64,000 bases of DNA from Geopsychrobacteraceae bacterium. Lineage in GTDB: Bacteria; Desulfobacterota; Desulfuromonadia; Desulfuromonadales; Geopsychrobacteraceae. The notes below the pieces were generated by a model that ran no database searches, had not been told where the DNA came from, and saw only the letters and a program-made list of their open reading frames with translations. The DNA lies in contig CAXXTB010000002.1 of assembly GCA_963676795.2 (NCBI GenBank), positions 1,888,001 through 1,952,000 on the forward strand, read 5' to 3'. Both the position numbers and the translations under genes were made by a program. Shown one piece after another: positions 50,418 through 60,418 of the stretch. The first letter of the stretch is position 1. Each line of letters starts with the position of its first letter.

Positions 50418-52811
50418 TTACTGCTTTTCAGAGGAATCTAGCAGACTTTCTCGGTCTCCATTTGTCCCCTGCGCAGAGGGAAGCAACGCCAATTCAAGAA
50501 CTTGATCCATATGACTGACAAGCTCAACCTGAACCGACTTTAATATCACGGCAGCAATATCCGCCAGGTTCTTTTCATTCTCACTCGGAATCAGGACCTT
50601 GACAATTCCGCCGCGCCGCGCCGCAAGCAATTTCTCCTTGAGACCACCGATCGGCAGCACTCGTCCACGCAATGTGACTTCTCCGGTCATAGCAACATCC
50701 TGGCGGACCGGGCGGCCAGTCAAAGCGGAAGCCAGTGCGGTCGCCATGGTAATACCAGCTGACGGCCCGTCCTTGGGAACAGCACCTTCCGGTACGTGGA
50801 TATGAATATCAAGCTTGGAGTAAAAATCCCGCTCAAGCCTGAGCTCCTGCCAACGCGAACGGATATAGCTGAGTGCCGCCTGAGCCGACTCCTGCATCAC
50901 CTCACCAAGCTTGCCGGTGACAGTCAACTTGCCACGTCCCGGCAGGGTCGTGACCTCAACAAGCAACAATTCACCACCGGTCTCGGTCCAGGCCAGACCT
51001 GTCGTTACGCCGACCTGGTCTTCCTGTTCACGCATGCCGTGCTGATATTGAGGAACCCCCAGCAGTTTCTGAACCTGAGCTTCACCAACCTTGAACGGCT
51101 TGTCCTTCCCCTCCAGGAGCGCCCGTTTGGCCAGCTTACGCATCAGGGAAGCGATATTCCGATCCAGACTCCGCACCCCCGACTCACGCGTATAGCGCCG
51201 GATGACTTCCAGCAGGGCCGGGTCGGAAACCTTGACCTGAGCCTCACTCAAACCATGGGCCTCAGTCTGCTTTTTCAACAGATAGCGGCGTGCGATATGG
51301 AGTTTTTCCTCTTCCGAATAGCCCTCGATGCGGATCACCTCAAGACGGTCATGCAGCGGCCTGGGAATCGCGTGAAGATTGTTGGCCGTCGCGACAAAAA
51401 GGGCCTCCGACAGGTCATACTCGACATCGAGAAAATGATCGACAAAGCTACTGTTCTGCTCCGGATCCAGAACCTCGAGCAGTGCCGAGGAGGGATCCCC
51501 CCTGAAGTCGGTACTCATCTTGTCGATCTCGTCGAGCATGAAAACAGGGTTCCTGACTCCGGCCTTCTTCATACCCTGAATAATCTTGCCCGGCATAGCG
51601 CCGATATAGGTCCGCCTGTGACCACGGATTTCGGCCTCATCACGCACCCCGCCCAATGAAATCCGCACAAACTGGCGCTGCAAGGCCTTGGCAATAGATC
51701 TCCCCAGCGATGTCTTGCCAACCCCAGGAGGACCGACCAGACACAGAATAGGCCCCTTGATCTTTTTTACCAAAGCCTGAACGGCGAGGTATTCAAGGAC
51801 GCGTTCCTTGACCTGCTCCAAACCGTAGTGATCCGTATCGAGAATTTTCTCGGCGGTCACCAGATCATAACGATCCCTGGTTCCCTTGCTCCAGGGCAGC
51901 GACAACAGCCATTCAATGTAGTTTCTGACCACCGTTGCCTCGGCGGACATCGGCGACATCAGCTTGAGCTTACGCAGTTCTCCACGCGTTTTTTCCGCGG
52001 CTTCCTTGGACATCTTCTTCTTTTCAATCTGCTCCTCGAAATGAAGAATTTCCTGCTTGAACTCGTCCTGTTCTCCCAGCTCCTTCTGAATCGCGCGCAT
52101 CTGCTCATTCAGATAGTATTCCTTCTGGCTGCGCTCCATCTGGCTCTTGACGCGACTGCGGATACGCCCCTCGATCTGCAGGATCTCGATCTCCTGTTCC
52201 AGCAGCGCCAGTATGTGCTCGAGGCGCTGACCAGGATCAAGAATTTCCAGAATCTCCTGACGATCGATCAACGGAACCTGGAGATGACCGGCGACGGTAT
52301 CGGCAAGTCGCGAAGGGTCATCAATGCCGGCAATACTGTTGCTGACCTCGGCTGGAATCTTCTTGCTCAGCCCGACATAGGTTTCAAAAGTCGTCAGTAT
52401 GGCCCGCATGACAGCTTCCAGCTCAGACAAATCGGCTACCGATTCATCAAGCGGTGTGATGCGAGCCTCAAGAAGCTCCTCTGAAGAGACGAGTCCGTCA
52501 AGACGGCCGCGCCAGAGCCCTTCGATCAGAACCTTCACGGTACCATCAGGAAGCTTTAACAGCTGAACGATTTTACCAACAGTTCCGACCGGATATAGGT
52601 CTTCCTGGGCCGGTGATTCGGTTTTTGAATCCTTCTGACAAACCAAAAAAATCAATTTTTCTCCATCTGAAGCCTTATTCAAAGCACCAATGGAGTGCGC
52701 GCGGCCGACAAATAACGGCGCAGCCATATGAGGGAAAATGACAATATCGCGGAGTGGCAACATTGGCAAAAGTTGTTCATTTACAGGATGTTCAATTGTA
52801 ATCTCTGACAT
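50418..52811 (-). CDS. lon: ATP-dependent Lon protease
   Basis: [26 protein letters not shown] catalytic Ser, IGGLKEK. Confidence 0.98.
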   Translation of the reverse strand: MSEITIEHPVNEQLLPMLPLRDIVIFPHMAAPLFVGRAHSIGALNKASDGEKLIFLVCQKDSKTESPAQEDLYPVGTVGKIVQLLKLPDGTVKVLIEGLWRGRLDGLVSSEELLEARITPLDESVADLSELEAVMRAILTTFETYVGLSKKIPAEVSNSIAGIDDPSRLADTVAGHLQVPLIDRQEILEILDPGQRLEHILALLEQEIEILQIEGRIRSRVKSQMERSQKEYYLNEQMRAIQKELGEQDEFKQEILHFEEQIEKKKMSKEAAEKTRGELRKLKLMSPMSAEATVVRNYIEWLLSLPWSKGTRDRYDLVTAEKILDTDHYGLEQVKERVLEYLAVQALVKKIKGPILCLVGPPGVGKTSLGRSIAKALQRQFVRISLGGVRDEAEIRGHRRTYIGAMPGKIIQGMKKAGVRNPVFMLDEIDKMSTDFRGDPSSALLEVLDPEQNSSFVDHFLDVEYDLSEALFVATANNLHAIPRPLHDRLEVIRIEGYSEEEKLHIARRYLLKKQTEAHGLSEAQVKVSDPALLEVIRRYTRESGVRSLDRNIASLMRKLAKRALLEGKDKPFKVGEAQVQKLLGVPQYQHGMREQEDQVGVTTGLAWTETGGELLLVEVTTLPGRGKLTVTGKLGEVMQESAQAALSYIRSRWQELRLERDFYSKLDIHIHVPEGAVPKDGPSAGITMATALASALTGRPVRQDVAMTGEVTLRGRVLPIGGLKEKLLAARRGGIVKVLIPSENEKNLADIAAVILKSVQVELVSHMDQVLELALLPSAQGTNGDRESLLDSSEKQ

Positions 52812-52892
52812 AACCTTGCCATAAAGTGAAAAAGGAGCGCACTGCCGTCATCAGCAGTAAGCGCTCCCTGTTTTCTAAACAGATATTTTACG

Positions 52893-54140
52893 TCATGCAC
52901 TTTCGGCGACATCGTAAAGGATAATCGGTTTGACCCCTTTAGTAATCACCTCTTCACTGATAACAACTTCCTTGACCCGATCCTGAGACGGAATGTCATA
53001 CATGAGATCAAGCATGGCATTCTCCATGATCGAACGCAAACCACGCGCCCCGGTCTTACGCTCCAAAGCCTGACGGGCAATCGCAACCAGCGCACCATCG
53101 GTAAACTTCAGATGCACCTTCTCCATATCGAAGAGCCGCTGATACTGTTTGATCAGGGCATTCTTCGGTTCGCGAAGAATCTGAATCAACGCTTCCTCGT
53201 CCAGCTCGGTGAGCGTGGCGATAACCGGCACACGCCCGACGAATTCAGGAATCAGGCCGAACTTCAACAGGTCGGTCGGCTGAATCTGGGAGAAGAGTTC
53301 CCCGAGAGGCACGTCCTTGACTGAACGGACCTCCGCACCAAAGCCCATACGCTTGGAACTGGTCCGCTTATTGATGATCTTTTCCAGACCGGAAAAAGCG
53401 CCACCACAGATGAACAGGATATTGGTGGTATCAACCTTGAGAAATTCCTGCTGCGGATGCTTGCGGCCTCCCTTGGGAGGAACACTCGCGGTCGTGCCTT
53501 CGATAATCTTCAGCAGCGCCTGCTGGACCCCTTCACCGGATACATCCCGGGTGATTGACGGCGACTCAGACTTACGGGCGATCTTATCGACCTCGTCGAT
53601 ATAGATGATCCCCTTCTGCGCTTTTTCAAGGTCGTAATCTGCAGCCTGCAGCAGATTGAGGATGATGTTCTCAACATCCTCACCGACGTAACCGGCCTCG
53701 GTCAGATTGGTTGCATCAGCAATTGTAAAAGGAACATCGAGAACCTTGGCCAGAGTCTGAGCAAGCAGGGTTTTACCGCTACCGGTGGGACCTAGAAGCA
53801 GAATATTACTTTTCTGAATCTCGATATCGTCGTGTTTTTCAGCAAACTCGACACGTTTGTAATGGTTATAGACAGCGACCGAAAGGATCTTCTTCGCACG
53901 TTCCTGGCCGACGACATATTCATCAAGGATGTCCTTGATCTCTACCGGTTTGGGTAACTGCTTCGATTCACCGGTAGCAGACTGATCAAGCCTGGCCTCT
54001 TCATCTATAATGTCATTGCACAGCTCAATGCACTCATCACAGATATAGACAGTTGGCCCGGCTATCAGCTTTTTGACTTCATCCTGCGACTTGCCGCAGA
54101 ACGAGCAGGTCAATTGGCTGTTTTCATCTTTTTGACTCAC
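52893..54140 (-). CDS. clpX: ClpX ATPase
   Basis: CSFCGK zinc finger, [26 protein letters not shown] start. Confidence 0.98.
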   Translation of the reverse strand: MSQKDENSQLTCSFCGKSQDEVKKLIAGPTVYICDECIELCNDIIDEEARLDQSATGESKQLPKPVEIKDILDEYVVGQERAKKILSVAVYNHYKRVEFAEKHDDIEIQKSNILLLGPTGSGKTLLAQTLAKVLDVPFTIADATNLTEAGYVGEDVENIILNLLQAADYDLEKAQKGIIYIDEVDKIARKSESPSITRDVSGEGVQQALLKIIEGTTASVPPKGGRKHPQQEFLKVDTTNILFICGGAFSGLEKIINKRTSSKRMGFGAEVRSVKDVPLGELFSQIQPTDLLKFGLIPEFVGRVPVIATLTELDEEALIQILREPKNALIKQYQRLFDMEKVHLKFTDGALVAIARQALERKTGARGLRSIMENAMLDLMYDIPSQDRVKEVVISEEVITKGVKPIILYDVAESA

Positions 54141-54165
54141 GTATGACACCCCCGTCAAAACGAAA

Positions 54166-54753
54166 TTATGAAGGTTTTTTCTCTACTATCGAGTCGATAA
54201 TACCATAATTGCGTGCCGTTTCGCTATCCATGAAAAAATCACGCTCTGTATCGGCAGCGATTTTCTCGATGGCCTGGCCGGTATGATGGGCCAGGATACC
54301 GTTTAAGTGTTCACGCAGACGCAGGATTTCCTGAGCGTGAATATTGATATCGGTCGCCTGTCCCTTGAAGCCGCCCAGAGGCTGATGGATCATGATTCTG
54401 GCGTTTGGCAGCGCAAAACGCTTGCCCGGCTCGCCAGCCGTCAGCAGCACAGCGCCCATGCTCGCAGCCTGACCTACACAGATTGTAGAAACCGGCGCCC
54501 TGAGGTACTGCATAGTGTCGTAGATCGCCATCCCGGCAGTCACGACACCCCCGGGAGAATTGATGTACAGGTGGATGTCGCGTTCCGGGTCTTCCGACTC
54601 CAGAAAGAGCATCTGCGCAACAATCAGATTGGCCATATGGTCTTCAATTTCACCACTCAAAAAAATGATACGGTCTTTGAGCAAGCGAGAGTAGATATCA
54701 TAAGAGCGCTCTCCCCTCCCCGTATCTTCTACAACATATGGTACCAGGCTCAT
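54166..54753 (-). CDS. clpP: ClpP protease
   Basis: [33 protein letters not shown]. Confidence 0.98.
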   Translation of the reverse strand: MSLVPYVVEDTGRGERSYDIYSRLLKDRIIFLSGEIEDHMANLIVAQMLFLESEDPERDIHLYINSPGGVVTAGMAIYDTMQYLRAPVSTICVGQAASMGAVLLTAGEPGKRFALPNARIMIHQPLGGFKGQATDINIHAQEILRLREHLNGILAHHTGQAIEKIAADTERDFFMDSETARNYGIIDSIVEKKPS

Positions 54754-54754
54754 A

Positions 54755-56089
54755 TCAAGACTCCTTTTCGTCGGTTTCTCCAGCTTCGTCTTCGTCTACC
54801 TGAGGTTCCACTTCGGTAATAACAGCTTGCGCAGTCAGGAAATCGACAGCCTTGTCATGCTCGATCTGTGCCTTCAGGCTATCAAGCGCCTGTTCTGTCT
54901 CGAAATATTTCTTGATCTGCTCAACAGGGGTCTTGCTCTGCTCGGAAAATTCAGCAATCTTTGCTTCGACATCGCTGTCTTCCGCAACGATTTCTTCCTG
55001 CTTGGCAACAGCCTGGAGCAAAAGATCTCCCTTTACCTGTTGCTCAGCCATATCATAATAGCTCTTATTGAAAGTTTCGTCATTCATGCCGAGCATTTCA
55101 AGGGTCATCCCCTGTGCCTTCAGGCGCTGAGCGAAATTGTCTTTCATATAACGTAACTGATTTTCAACCATTCCACCAGGAACCTCGATCGGATTCTTTT
55201 CGATCAGAGCCAGCATCAGTTTCTCCTGAAGTTGGGATTCAATCCGCTGCTCTTCCTGCTTTCTGGCGTTTTCAGCGATCTTGCTCTTAAGCTCGGCCAG
55301 ATCTTCGGCATCGAACTGCTTGGCGAAATCATCGTCAATCTTCGGCGCAACCTTTTCCTTGATCTCCTTGAGCAGAACCTTGAAGACAGCCGGCTTACCA
55401 GCCAGATTCTTGGCACCGTAATTCTCAGGAAAGGTCACCTCGACATCCTTTTCCTGCTCACGCTTCATGCCGACGATCTCATCTTCGAAACCAGGGATAA
55501 AGCTGTTGGAGCCCAGCTCAAGCTGATAATCCTTGGCCGCACCACCTTCGAACAGCTCGCCATCGACGGAGCCTTCGAAATCGATGATGACAGTGTCCTC
55601 TTCACGGGCCTTTTTACGGCTGGTAACTTCAAGCTGGACTCGTGCAGCAGCCATCTGTTCGAGCTGCTTCTCGACAACAGCATCCTCATCGAAGGACAGC
55701 TTTTCCTTCTCTACGGCCAGCCCCTTGTAATCCTTGACCTCAACAACCGGACGAACTTCAACTTCAGCCTCGTAGGTGAAAGACTTGTCCTTCTCGACTA
55801 CGGCAGCTTCGGTAACCTGTGGCTGAGAAACCGGTTCGATCTTCTGATCGATCATCGCCTTGTAAAGAGTATTATTGATCAGAGTGCCGGCAGCATCATA
55901 CTGCGCCTTAGGGCCGTAATGCTGTTCCAGAACCTTTTGAGGCACCTTGCCCTTACGGAAGCCCTTAATATTGACAGACTTGGCAATCTGTTTGAAAGCT
56001 TTTGCCAACTCTGCATTGACAACATCCTCGGAGACTTCAATGACAAGTCTTTTCTTGATTGAGCTTAATTCTTCAACTCTGACATTCAT
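54755..56089 (-). CDS. tig: Trigger factor
   Basis: [22 protein letters not shown]; tig-clpP-clpX-lon-hup synteny. Confidence 0.97.
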   Translation of the reverse strand: MNVRVEELSSIKKRLVIEVSEDVVNAELAKAFKQIAKSVNIKGFRKGKVPQKVLEQHYGPKAQYDAAGTLINNTLYKAMIDQKIEPVSQPQVTEAAVVEKDKSFTYEAEVEVRPVVEVKDYKGLAVEKEKLSFDEDAVVEKQLEQMAAARVQLEVTSRKKAREEDTVIIDFEGSVDGELFEGGAAKDYQLELGSNSFIPGFEDEIVGMKREQEKDVEVTFPENYGAKNLAGKPAVFKVLLKEIKEKVAPKIDDDFAKQFDAEDLAELKSKIAENARKQEEQRIESQLQEKLMLALIEKNPIEVPGGMVENQLRYMKDNFAQRLKAQGMTLEMLGMNDETFNKSYYDMAEQQVKGDLLLQAVAKQEEIVAEDSDVEAKIAEFSEQSKTPVEQIKKYFETEQALDSLKAQIEHDKAVDFLTAQAVITEVEPQVDEDEAGETDEKES

Positions 56090-56180
56090 GACGATTCCTT
56101 CCTGAGCGGTCCTATTCAACAGTAGAAGCTTTGATTTGAAGCAGGAGACAACAGCGAACTGCAGACTTGGACCAGGCTAC

Positions 56181-56265
<85 letters not shown>

Positions 56266-56378
56266 AATGTTATAAGATATTTGACTATCGATACAAGCCT
56301 ATATAAGCAACAATGCTCACCTTCCAAACCCACCCTGTCGGGCTTCCTGAGCGTGAAAAGTGAGCATGTCATTGTAAA

Positions 56379-56455
56379 TGGGGTGAGTGAAGGGGCTTGA
56401 ACCCTCGACAACTGGAGCCACAATCCAGTGCTCTACCAACTGAGCTACACCCACC
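56379..56455 (-). tRNA. tRNA-His (GTG), includes G-1
   Basis: Cloverleaf, anticodon GTG, C discriminator plus CCA. Confidence 0.96.
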
Positions 56456-56506
56456 AGAAAAGTCCGCACAAGGTACGGAAGAGCCGATTCTTTGTCAACC
56501 AAAAAA

Positions 56507-56583
<77 letters not shown>

Positions 56584-56722
56584 TTACACCCCGCATTTCC
56601 TTGGATCAGCGGTCCTGCTCGACGGCAAGGTGCGTTTTTCTAGCATGCAGTAAAAAGTTTTGCAATAAAAATTTCATCGTTAAATCAGGTTCTCAAACGC
56701 AGCAAAAAAACTGTCGTTATTC

Positions 56723-57418
56723 CTAGAGATTATCCATATTCGGGTCTTCGGCAAAGGGATCAAAAGGCAATGGCTGACTCTCTGCGGCGGAATCAATCAC
56801 AGCTTCAGGGAGAGGATCATCGGCAAAAGGATCGACCACCCCGCCCTGCCCTGTTCCGGCAATACTCAGAGTTCGCTGTAAAAGATCAAACTCGATACCA
56901 AAGCCCGGATCACCCTGAAAGGGATCCGTTCTCAGACCTCCAGCCGTGGAGACATCGATATCTGGATCATCAGCAAAGACATCCCTGCGTCTAGCTGCCG
57001 GAGAGTCAGCACGCAGCTTGATGATATCAGCCAGAGAATGCGCTCCGTGCGCGTGGTCGACCAGATCGAAGGTGTAAACAAGATCGCCAATCAAAGACCG
57101 GGGAATCGGCAATGACTCGCGGTAAAGCACAGAGAGCTGCTGGAGCCAGTCACAGGCCAGTTCAATGACTTCAATTTCAAGTTTTTCAGGCATGGTCCCG
57201 TCATGCTGATGGCGGACAAGCAGCTCATCAAGCTTCCGGCCCACCTGACGAAAAGCATCATCCTCCGCATCCACAGAAAGCTCAACGATGCGACCAGCGG
57301 CAATCATAGCCTCATGCAAACCTGAGTCATCCCTACGCAGCGCCACCCCTGCCTTCACGGTCTCGGCCAGCGCCCTTAACTGGCTGGCAAAAGAACCACG
57401 TCCTACTTCCGAGTCCAT
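56723..57418 (-). CDS. Hypothetical protein: Hpt-like helical bundle plus acidic tail with four D(P/V)FxxDP repeats
   Basis: AAGGAG RBS before ATG 57418; repeats DVFADDP, DPFQGDP, DPFADDP, DPFAEDP; Hpt likeness judged by eye. Confidence 0.75.
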   Translation of the reverse strand: MDSEVGRGSFASQLRALAETVKAGVALRRDDSGLHEAMIAAGRIVELSVDAEDDAFRQVGRKLDELLVRHQHDGTMPEKLEIEVIELACDWLQQLSVLYRESLPIPRSLIGDLVYTFDLVDHAHGAHSLADIIKLRADSPAARRRDVFADDPDIDVSTAGGLRTDPFQGDPGFGIEFDLLQRTLSIAGTGQGGVVDPFADDPLPEAVIDSAAESQPLPFDPFAEDPNMDNL

Positions 57419-57488
57419 TCGATTCTCCTTAAGCGGATACATTTCATTTCCATTACAGAAAGATAGCATAAAACACATGAAACAGGAC

Positions 57489-58265
57489 TTATTTCAAGAC
57501 AAATTCAAAAGGAACGAGAACATGCCCCTCGACTGCCACACCATTTACCCTGGCCGGGGTAAAGGTCCATGATCTGATCGCTTTTTGAGCGGCGCGGTCA
57601 AAAACCCGATATCCGCTCGAAGCATGTAGCGTCAGATCACGAACCTTACCATCTGCACCAACCAGCACGTCAAAACTGACGGTCCCGCTCCAGCCCCGTT
57701 CCAGAGCTCGCTTGGGATAAGCGGGCCTGGGGCAGAAACCATAACGCGGAGCGGCCTCGACAGAGACCGGGTCAGGCCCCGTTTTCGACCGACCGGACCC
57801 AGCCTTGAGCCCGGCAACCTCCGGGGGATCCACATCCTCGATTGCGGACGCGGAACTGTTCTCTGCCGCCACGGCCTGAGCAGAAAGCTCGCTGCCTGTC
57901 TTTTCAGCACAATATTTTTTCGTCTTGGCTGCCGGTGAGTCGACAGATCCCACATCCACGCCCGTTTCGGGAACCGAGGATGGGTTGCTCTCCGCCACAG
58001 GAGCAGGAACTGGCAACGAGGGGCCAACCTGCTGACCAGCAGACTCAGCAGCGCTCACCTTCTCGCTGACAGAAGAGTTCTCTGGCTCAACGGGCGGCAG
58101 ATAGTCCTGACCATCCCCGACGAACAGACGGACAGTCGAACGCTGTTCGCCAGTGCCGCCTTCTGCACTGGTCATTCGGTCAGGATAGAAGAAGAGACCA
58201 TGAACGAGTAAGGAGACAAGTAGGCAGCCCGGCAATAAATAAATATTCATCGGCAACTGTTTCAT
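57489..58265 (-). CDS. TonB family protein
   Basis: SLLVH TM motif, low-complexity spacer, PAYPKRALERGWSGTV...SSGYRVFDRAA...WTFTPA. Confidence 0.9.
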   Translation of the reverse strand: MKQLPMNIYLLPGCLLVSLLVHGLFFYPDRMTSAEGGTGEQRSTVRLFVGDGQDYLPPVEPENSSVSEKVSAAESAGQQVGPSLPVPAPVAESNPSSVPETGVDVGSVDSPAAKTKKYCAEKTGSELSAQAVAAENSSASAIEDVDPPEVAGLKAGSGRSKTGPDPVSVEAAPRYGFCPRPAYPKRALERGWSGTVSFDVLVGADGKVRDLTLHASSGYRVFDRAAQKAIRSWTFTPARVNGVAVEGHVLVPFEFVLK

Positions 58266-58270
58266 CTGGT

Positions 58271-60418
58271 TTAAAATTGCGTCGGATCATAAAACTCGAT
58301 TGTCGACTCCAGTTCAACCAGACCATACTTATTACTGATCTGAATACCATAGGTTCCCGGCAACTGTGGTGAAGGCAGCTGCACCGACAGGCTTTTGGTC
58401 GACAGGATCTCTGCCCTTTTGGGGACGACAGCTTCCGGGACAATCATCAACCCTCCGGCATAACGCGTCAGATAAACAACCCCGGAGGTGACCAGAATCT
58501 TCTTCGCCAGGCCAGAGACCTTCAAATGCCCGAGGAGATGGGGGGATCTGGGTGACTCGAGATCCAGGACACTCAGGCCGGCGTTATGATTGACGACATA
58601 GAGCCTGCCACCGTAGACATAGACCCCCTTGCTGACACCCGGCAAAGGAATAGCCGACAGGATCTTCATAATCCTCGGATTAGCCACATCAACGACCAAA
58701 AGACCTGAACGCCCAGTTGCAATATAGGCAACACCATCGTGGACAGCCAGCGCGATTGATACGTCAAACCGGTTCATCGGATAGGGGACCTGCAGCCGGC
58801 CTATTTCAATCAGCCTGTCTTCATGCAGCTGCAAAACAACGACACCCCGCTTCTGGCTGGCAACGAAAAGATATTCGCCATCAACGGCCATATCCATCAC
58901 ATCGAGGTCGCCGACCCTGTCGACAACCCGGGGAGTGTTGATATTGTCAACATCAAGCAGGGATACCCCTGCAACACCTTCCGAAACAACCAGGTACGAA
59001 CCGAGAAAATCGAGCTTCTGAGCGGAGAAATCGTACAACTGACTGACCGAAAGCGGTGAATCGACGTTTGAGACATCGAGAACCTCGATCCCCTCATAAG
59101 GCTGGGCAACAAACAGCAGGTTATCGCGCAGCGCCAGTGAACGGCTGTCAGCAGAACTAATCTGCGCAAATACGCTCTCCGAGTCCTGTCTGGCCAGATT
59201 GCCGACCAGAACCCCACCGATAGAATCAGCAACAATCAGCCGCTCTTTATAGTTCACGAGATCCGTCACCAGACCGCGGGTCAGCAGCGACCGAACCTTG
59301 CGTTTGATATCGACCTTTTCCGTCGCGATAACGGCAAGACCACTGTCCAGACCAGTCAGGTAGAGCTGAGCTGGCCCTTCGGCGACACTGTGCACATCAT
59401 TAAAGAGCAGGGTTCCCTCAACACGCATCTTCCGGGGATCGACAATGGTAATCCCCGAGAAAGAATCGACAACATAGATCTTATCGTTGCCATTGAACAG
59501 CTTCTGGGCAACCCCGACCAGAGAAAGGGCAGTCGACATATGGGGGATCCCGTCAGCATCGATATCATAAATACTCAAACCGTCGGACGTTGCAACAAAC
59601 AATCTGCCATCTTTGATGGATGCGTCAAAAATTCTTTCGCTCAGCCTGATTTCAGCCAAGCGTCGCGGATCCGAAGGAACATCCAGGGAGTAAATGCCGA
59701 TTTCATTCTTACGGGGAGAAACGGCGATCAGATACTTTCCGAAGACACTCAGATCGCTGACAAAAAGCTGAGAGTCAATGGTTCTGGCCAGCTCAACATT
59801 CTTCGGGCTATTGACCGCATAAACCTCAATCCCGTCTTCACCGGCAGCGGCATAAAGATGCCCTTCAGCATAGACCGTTGAGGAAATCGAAGCCTTTGTC
59901 GGCACCTCAACCTCATTGACGAGCAGGCCGTTCTCGCGGATGAGCATGATCGCAATCCCCAGTCGCCCTTGGGAAACATAGAGCCTGCCGTTTGCCTGAT
60001 ATATATTCTCGACGGTGCGTCCCGGAAGATAGGTCTTCAGAAACTGCGGGGAATCGGGGTATTCGATGTCGACAACCTTCAGGCCACTGTGATCGCCGCC
60101 AAGGTAGAGCGTATCCCCGGCAACCAGACTTTCAGGCAGGGCCTCCTCAAAAGGCAATGACGCGATGATTGCCTTATCGTTTGTCAGCTTGCTGATCAGG
60201 CTGACGGTCGTATCCCCGGAAAAGCCTTCACCACTGAAATTCAGGTACATATGCTGCCCAAGCGGCAACATCATGTCCGGAACTTCATCAACACGAAGGT
60301 CGCTTTCTACAAAAAAATTACGGATAATCCAGTGCCCCGCCCAACCGATGGACCACAGTGCAACACACAGGAGTCCGAGAAACAGGGCCAGGATAAAATA
60401 TCTGCGCAGCGGCTTCAT
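58271..60418 (-). CDS. LVIVD-repeat (beta-propeller) membrane-anchored protein
   Basis: Many repeats such as GLKVVDIEYPDSP, GIEVLDVSNVDSP, GLLVVDVANP; N-terminal TM. Confidence 0.88.
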   Translation of the reverse strand: MKPLRRYFILALFLGLLCVALWSIGWAGHWIIRNFFVESDLRVDEVPDMMLPLGQHMYLNFSGEGFSGDTTVSLISKLTNDKAIIASLPFEEALPESLVAGDTLYLGGDHSGLKVVDIEYPDSPQFLKTYLPGRTVENIYQANGRLYVSQGRLGIAIMLIRENGLLVNEVEVPTKASISSTVYAEGHLYAAAGEDGIEVYAVNSPKNVELARTIDSQLFVSDLSVFGKYLIAVSPRKNEIGIYSLDVPSDPRRLAEIRLSERIFDASIKDGRLFVATSDGLSIYDIDADGIPHMSTALSLVGVAQKLFNGNDKIYVVDSFSGITIVDPRKMRVEGTLLFNDVHSVAEGPAQLYLTGLDSGLAVIATEKVDIKRKVRSLLTRGLVTDLVNYKERLIVADSIGGVLVGNLARQDSESVFAQISSADSRSLALRDNLLFVAQPYEGIEVLDVSNVDSPLSVSQLYDFSAQKLDFLGSYLVVSEGVAGVSLLDVDNINTPRVVDRVGDLDVMDMAVDGEYLFVASQKRGVVVLQLHEDRLIEIGRLQVPYPMNRFDVSIALAVHDGVAYIATGRSGLLVVDVANPRIMKILSAIPLPGVSKGVYVYGGRLYVVNHNAGLSVLDLESPRSPHLLGHLKVSGLAKKILVTSGVVYLTRYAGGLMIVPEAVVPKRAEILSTKSLSVQLPSPQLPGTYGIQISNKYGLVELESTIEFYDPTQF

